Source: Rebecca billardiae RCC1528
Lineage: Eukaryota; Protista; Haptophyta
Direction of reading: 5' to 3'
DNA length: 64,000 nucleotides
Assembly (NCBI GenBank): GCA_965240325.2
Contig: OZ251227.1
Coordinates: 1,922,001 to 1,986,000, forward strand
The position numbers and the translations under genes are program-made. The notes below the pieces were generated by a model. It had not been told where the DNA came from and searched no databases. It saw only the letters and a list, made by a program, of their open reading frames with translations. Each line of letters starts with the position of its first letter. Positions within the stretch are counted from its first letter, which is position 1. Below are positions 58,891 through 64,000 of this stretch, piece by piece.

Positions 58891-59166
58891 ATATATCAGT
58901 CGCAGCCATAATAAAGTCGAGACTCGAGTACGTATTAAGTTGTTAGTATAGACGATATTCCGGAACGTGACTCATCATCGTCGATCATCATTCAGTAGTA
59001 TCAGTGCTGTCGTAGCAGTCATATTGACGATGAGCGCGCATCATCATTGCTGACCGACTTTGATGGCAGCAACGCGATGCGCCGATGACACACTGGGCCA
59101 CTGGCCCTGCGGGGCCGCTCGGTGGCGTCTCTGTCGGGTCTCAGTCAGATCGACATCAGACGAGAT

Positions 59167-59198
<32 letters not shown>

Positions 59199-59216
59199 AT
59201 CATCAAGCTTATTTGC

Positions 59217-60497
59217 TTAGTATTCAAGCTTGCGCGCCGCAGCTGATCGTGGCGCCTCGCATACTCTGTGCGGGATGCCCGCTGCCAGAGTCGGGTCAAA
59301 GCGGCGACGACTCAGCACGAAGGTGCTGTTCTTGACCAGCGCGGACTTCCACGCCTCGCCGTCCTGGCACATCGCCCAGCACGGCGCCGAGGGCACCTGC
59401 CGCAGCCCCCTGTTCGACGTCGCGTCCCAGTTGAAGTGCTGGCACGAGGAGAAGCGCGGCGCTGCGGGCGTGAGCAGGACAAACGCGTAGCACATCTCGT
59501 GGGTCCAGAACGGGACGCCCAGCCGGGTCTCGCGCGTGCGCGCGCGGCTGTCGTACACGCAGGTCACCTGCAGCGCGTCGGTGGCGCGCAGCCGCACCGG
59601 CCGCGCGAGCGGCGGCGTCGGCGCCTTGAACCGCCCGTCCGCGTCGCGCAGCGCGAGCGCGTCCGTCTCGACCATGAGCGGCGTCGCGCTGCCGTCCGCG
59701 TGCACGATCTCAGCGGCGGTCTTGACGCCCAGCCGGTGCATGTGGCTCGAGACGCGCAGGATGTCGAAGTGGTCGGCGCGCGCTGAAGCGAGCGCGCGCG
59801 CGATGCACCGCGCCGCGCACACGGAGCTCACGCGGTACGCCGCCTCGCCGGGCGGCACGTGGAGCATGCCCGTGCGTGAGCCGACCCCGAGCAGAGCCGC
59901 CTCGCGCAGCCGGCCGCGCGGCTGCACAGGCACGCGCAGTCCGGTCGAGTCGCGGAGCGTGAGGGCGCGCGAGGTGCCCGCGGGTGCCTTGAAGTGCACC
60001 TGGATCAGCGCGAGCGCGGGCACGGGCTGGCCGTACCCCGCGGGCATCACGTCCGCCGTCTGCCCGTCCGAGTTGACCCACTCAGTCGGGCAGCCCAGCC
60101 GCAGCGGCGAGAGCGCGCACGGGAAGTGCGTGGCGTTCTCGTACCCGTTGGGCTTGCGGGCCCATCGGGCCGGACACTCCAAGATGGTGATGTGGTGCAC
60201 GTACGCGTGCGTCTCGGGCGTCCGCGTAAACGTCGCGAACTGGCCGCTGGTGACGAGCGGGCCGTGCCGCTTGAGCACGGCCGCCCCGATCCGAGCGAGC
60301 GCGCACACGTACACGTCGCCGCCGGGGCGGAGCGGGACAGTGGCGTCGGACAGGGCGACCACTAGGTGGCCGTCGCGCAGCTCGACGAGAGGCTCGGCGC
60401 ACGACGCCGCGCAGGCGTGCCACAAGGCCAGCCATGCCCGCAGGCGGCGCTGCGCGCGCGATGACCGCGCCTCCGCGCCACGCAGGCACCTCGCCAT
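59217..60497 (-). CDS. Copper type II ascorbate-dependent monooxygenase (DBH/PHM/MOXD1-like)
   Basis: VHHITI, QVHF, SHMHRLG, CVYDS, EMCYAF copper-ligand motifs; signal-like N-terminus. Confidence 0.88.
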   Translation of the reverse strand: MARCLRGAEARSSRAQRRLRAWLALWHACAASCAEPLVELRDGHLVVALSDATVPLRPGGDVYVCALARIGAAVLKRHGPLVTSGQFATFTRTPETHAYVHHITILECPARWARKPNGYENATHFPCALSPLRLGCPTEWVNSDGQTADVMPAGYGQPVPALALIQVHFKAPAGTSRALTLRDSTGLRVPVQPRGRLREAALLGVGSRTGMLHVPPGEAAYRVSSVCAARCIARALASARADHFDILRVSSHMHRLGVKTAAEIVHADGSATPLMVETDALALRDADGRFKAPTPPLARPVRLRATDALQVTCVYDSRARTRETRLGVPFWTHEMCYAFVLLTPAAPRFSSCQHFNWDATSNRGLRQVPSAPCWAMCQDGEAWKSALVKNSTFVLSRRRFDPTLAAGIPHRVCEAPRSAAARKLEY

Positions 60498-60842
60498 GCG
60501 GACGTGTTGCCTTCACCGCAGACGGTCTCGCCACGAGGCGGCCCCACACACCCGACCCTCTCTCGCAGACGACCGCAGGCTCCTGCTGTGTGGTCTTGAT
60601 CACGCTGCGCGCGCAGAGGACGACGTGCAGTGGTCCCGTGAGGCTGGAGGCAGGCGAGACAGGTGACGCGCCCGAGTCATCATCTAATACTACTAGTAGT
60701 ACTGCGTACTTTAGCTTCTCGGTAAAGTAGTCATCATTGGCGTCAATCTCGTACGTATCCATCATGCGGCATCTCTACAACATTCATCGGACGGGGACCT
60801 GCTTGCAATAATAAGCGCTGACCACGCGGCGTGCATTTTACG

Positions 60843-63310
60843 ATGGGGGACAGCCTGCTCCTACACCACGCCGAGCGCACGCTGCGGGGCGCGCGCACGG
60901 CGGACGACGCGCGGCTTGCCCTGCGCGTGCTCGCGTGCCTGATCGACCCATCGGCGCCGCCGCCGCCCGAGGCCCCTGCCAGCCCGGCATCGTTGGCGCT
61001 CGCCCAGCTGGCCTCGGAGGCGCTCGGGCCGCTCCACGCGCACGAGCGCGAGGCGCTCACGCGCGGCCTCGTGCGGAGCGGCGGGTGCGAGCGCGCGCTC
61101 GTGCTCCTCCTCGAGCCGTGCGCCGTGCAGTGGATGGCCCTGTGGAGCGAGGCCGAGCTCGTCGGGCCGCACTTTGTCGCGCCCTTCCTGCGCGCGCCGC
61201 CGCTCGTGGCGCTCGCAGCGCTCGCAGACGGCATCGGCCTGCGCTGCGCGGCGGCGAGCGCGGAGCACGCGGGGAGCGAGGGCACGCATGCCTCCGCGCC
61301 AGCGCTCGCCGCGCTCTTCCGCTGCCTGCTCCGCGTGTGGCGGCCGGACGCTCTCGGGCCGACCCCGAGCAGCGCGGTGGATGGACGCGGCGCGGGCGCG
61401 GCCCGCGGCGCCGGGCTGCAGCGCGCTGTGCTCGACGAGCTCGAGGCGCAGTGCGCGCGCGCGGAGGGCGGCGCGGGGCCGCCGCCGACGCTCGCGCCCA
61501 CCGTGCGCCTGCTCGCCTCCCTCCCGGACCGCCTCGCCAACCTGCTCGGCGCCGAGCTCCGCACGGCCCGCGGCGCCGACGGCGGCGGCGGTGGCTTTGT
61601 TGCGCCTCCGGCCGCGTGGTCAGATTCAGCGCGCGCACTGCACGGCGCCCTCGTGCAGCCGCGCGCCTTCTTCGGCGGGCTGGTCGAGGAGGCGGTGCGC
61701 GCGGCGTGCGCCGCGCGCGGCGGCCCCGCGCCCCACGCGGCCGGCGGCTCGGCCGTCGTGCGCGAGCTGCTGTCGCGCGCCGCACGGCTCGGACAGGCGG
61801 ACGCAGCCGTGGCACCGCTGGCGGAGGCGGCGGCGCGCGAGCGCGGCGCGGCGGCCCGGGCGGAGGGGGCGGCGTGCGCTGTGCTGGACGGGGCGGACGC
61901 GCACACGCTCCCGCTCCTGCTCTCCGCCGTGCTGCGCGCGTGCCTCGAGCCTGCCACGCTGCGCGCGCTGCTCAGCGCACAGCGTCCAAGCTCGGTGCGT
62001 GGCGGCACAGACGGCGCTGACGACACGGGCGGGGTGCTTGCTCGGGGCGCGCGCGACGCCGTTGCAGCGGGCGACGCGCGCGCGCAGGAGGCGGCGGGCC
62101 TCGCGCTCCTCGACGCGCTCGGCGGCGCGATCGTGCGCCCGCTCTGCGCCGCGGCCGTGCGCCGCGCGGCCGAGCGCGCCCCGGACTCCCTCGAGGCGGT
62201 GCACTTGCTGCTGCTCGCAGCGCCGCGCGCGCTCGACCCGGGCGGTTTGGAGCGCGGCGCCGAGGGCGGCGGTGCGCGGCCGCGCGGCGAGGAGGCGCCC
62301 TCCTCGCCGCGCGGCTGCGCGCGCGACGCGCACTGCGCGCTGTACCTGCGGCTGCTGCGCGACGCCTCGGACGCGCCGCCCTGCGCGCCGCGTGCGGACG
62401 ACGGGGGCGGGGCGCCGCAGCCCGCGGGCTCGCCCTGCCCTGAGCTCGTGGGCGCGTGCGCGCGTGACACGCTGGCCCCCGTGTGGGCATCGAGCACGCA
62501 CGCGCAGCGCGCGCCGATCGGGCAGCAGACGGCGCTCTCGCGCGCGCTGATCGGCTGCCTCCGGCTGTGCACGCGCGCCCAGGCCGAGGCGCTCACGCCC
62601 GTGCTGCTCCCGGGCGTCTCCGCCCACCTCGACTCGACGGATGCGGACGTGCGCGCCCTTGGGATGGCGGTGGCGGAGGCTTTCTCCCGAGCGGCGCAGC
62701 CCGACGGGCCGCCGCTGCTGTTCGCAGCGGAGGGCGGAGAGGAGGGCGGCTCGGCCGCGCGCGGCGACGGCGGCGCGGCGGCGGCGGAGGCGGCGCGCTA
62801 CGACACGCGGCACGACCCTCACGCGCTTGGCGCGCGCGTGCTCGCGCGCCTCGCAGCGAGCGCGGCCGCGACGGGTGGCGCGGGTGGCGCGGCGCGCGGC
62901 GCGGCGCGCGCCGCTGCCGGCGAGCACGCAGCATCGGCCGCCCTGCAGCCGGCGCAGGACGCGGCGGCGGATGCGCGGCAGGCGGCGGCGCGGGAGCGCG
63001 AGGCGTGCGCGCGCGCGCCCGCACTCGCCCCGCTCAGCTTCGGCACAGACGGCGCGCACGACGCAGCGCTCGCGCGCGCGCGCGTGAGCGCGCGCGGCGC
63101 GGACGGCGCTGGCCCGCCAGTCCCACTGCACAGCTGGGCAGCCTGCATGGCGGTGGCGCTTGGGGAGGAGGAGGAGGCGCTGCGCGCGATGGCGACCGAG
63201 CGGCGCGCCGCGCGCGAGGCGAGCGCGCGCGCGCGCCGCGCCGCCCCTGACGCTTCCGCCACCGCCGGCGCCGCCGCCGCGCTCGACGCTAGCCTCAGGC
63301 TGAGCGGACT

Positions 63311-63346
<36 letters not shown>

Positions 63347-64000
63347 AGGCGGCGGCGGCGGCGGCGACGGAGGCGAGTTGGCCGGTGGGTCCTCTGAGTG
63401 GGCGGCTGGGCCGGCGGAGGAGGATGCCGAGCTCGTGCCGTACGACCTGAGCGACGACCGCTCAGACCTCGCGGCCGCGCAGCCGCCCCGCTACCTGAGC
63501 GAGCTTCTCAGCGCCGTGCGCGAGAGCAAGGAGGGCTGTGCGCGGCAGCTCGAGGCCGCACTGGGCGCGGCCGCGCGGCTGATCCGCGCGTGCGCCGCGC
63601 CGCCGGGCGGAGTGCCCAACGCTGCCACCGCCGAGCTCGACCGGCTCGCGCCCGAGCTGGCGCGCGCGCTGCTGCACCTGAGCGATGCGTTCGCCCTCGA
63701 GCACTTTGCCGAGCGCAGGCGCGCCGCACTCGTCGCGCTCGCCGCCGCGCGGCCGCTGCCTGTCTGCGCACTCCTCACAGCCGAGCTGAGCGCGCCCGAC
63801 CTCGCGGCCTCCATGCCCGTGGCCACGCAGCTCGACGCGCTGCACGTGCTCGGCGCGGCCGCGCTCGAGATCTGGGCGGGCGAGGGCGGCACGGAGCGGG
63901 AGGCGCGAGGCGGCGGGGCGTCGACCTCTGCGCCGAGGGCAGGGCCGCTCGCGCCGCCGCGGGGCGGCGCGCCCGCCCCCGACGAGCGCGCGGCGGCGGA
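60843..64000 (+). CDS. TELO2: Telomere length regulation protein TEL2 homolog (runs off the window end)
   Basis: Frame from ATG 60843 (absent from the ORF track because there is no stop in the window) contains LLPGVSAHLDS.D.DVRALGMAVAEAFS (62601) and LVPYDLSDD...PPRYLSELL (63435), both in frame. Confidence 0.82.

Overview
GC-rich eukaryotic nuclear DNA: GT-AG introns with GTGCGC donors, (TA)n/(GATA)n microsatellites, and a RibD with a signal-plus-transit-like presequence. A haptophyte-like alga with a secondary plastid is an inference only. About 17 host genes are present: acyltransferase-3, DUF218, F-box/RCC1, BORCS8-like, a 38-aa TOM5-like micropeptide missing from the ORF track, a PHD-chromo-HMG-like-PHD-PhyH dioxygenase fusion, RibD, an EsV-1-7 repeat protein, a Tudor-like protein, an M23 peptidase, two OTU proteins, an HMG-box protein, TLDc, a copper monooxygenase, TELO2 and a hypothetical protein. 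Roughly a third of the window is non-coding mobile DNA. The main unexplained structure is three families (A, E, G) of non-autonomous elements sharing one architecture: a terminal motif, its inverted copy near the other end, and a terminal or near-terminal hairpin with a 3-nt GNA loop. The paired motifs covary between families A and E. The elements sit in AT/TA microsatellites without an unambiguous TSD, form exact head-to-tail chains (one mixing two families), include an internally inverted dimer, and seed satellite arrays. This resembles Helitron2/Helentron-type rolling-circle elements, but no Rep/helicase ORF is visible in the window. All calls were made by eye; no database searches were run.
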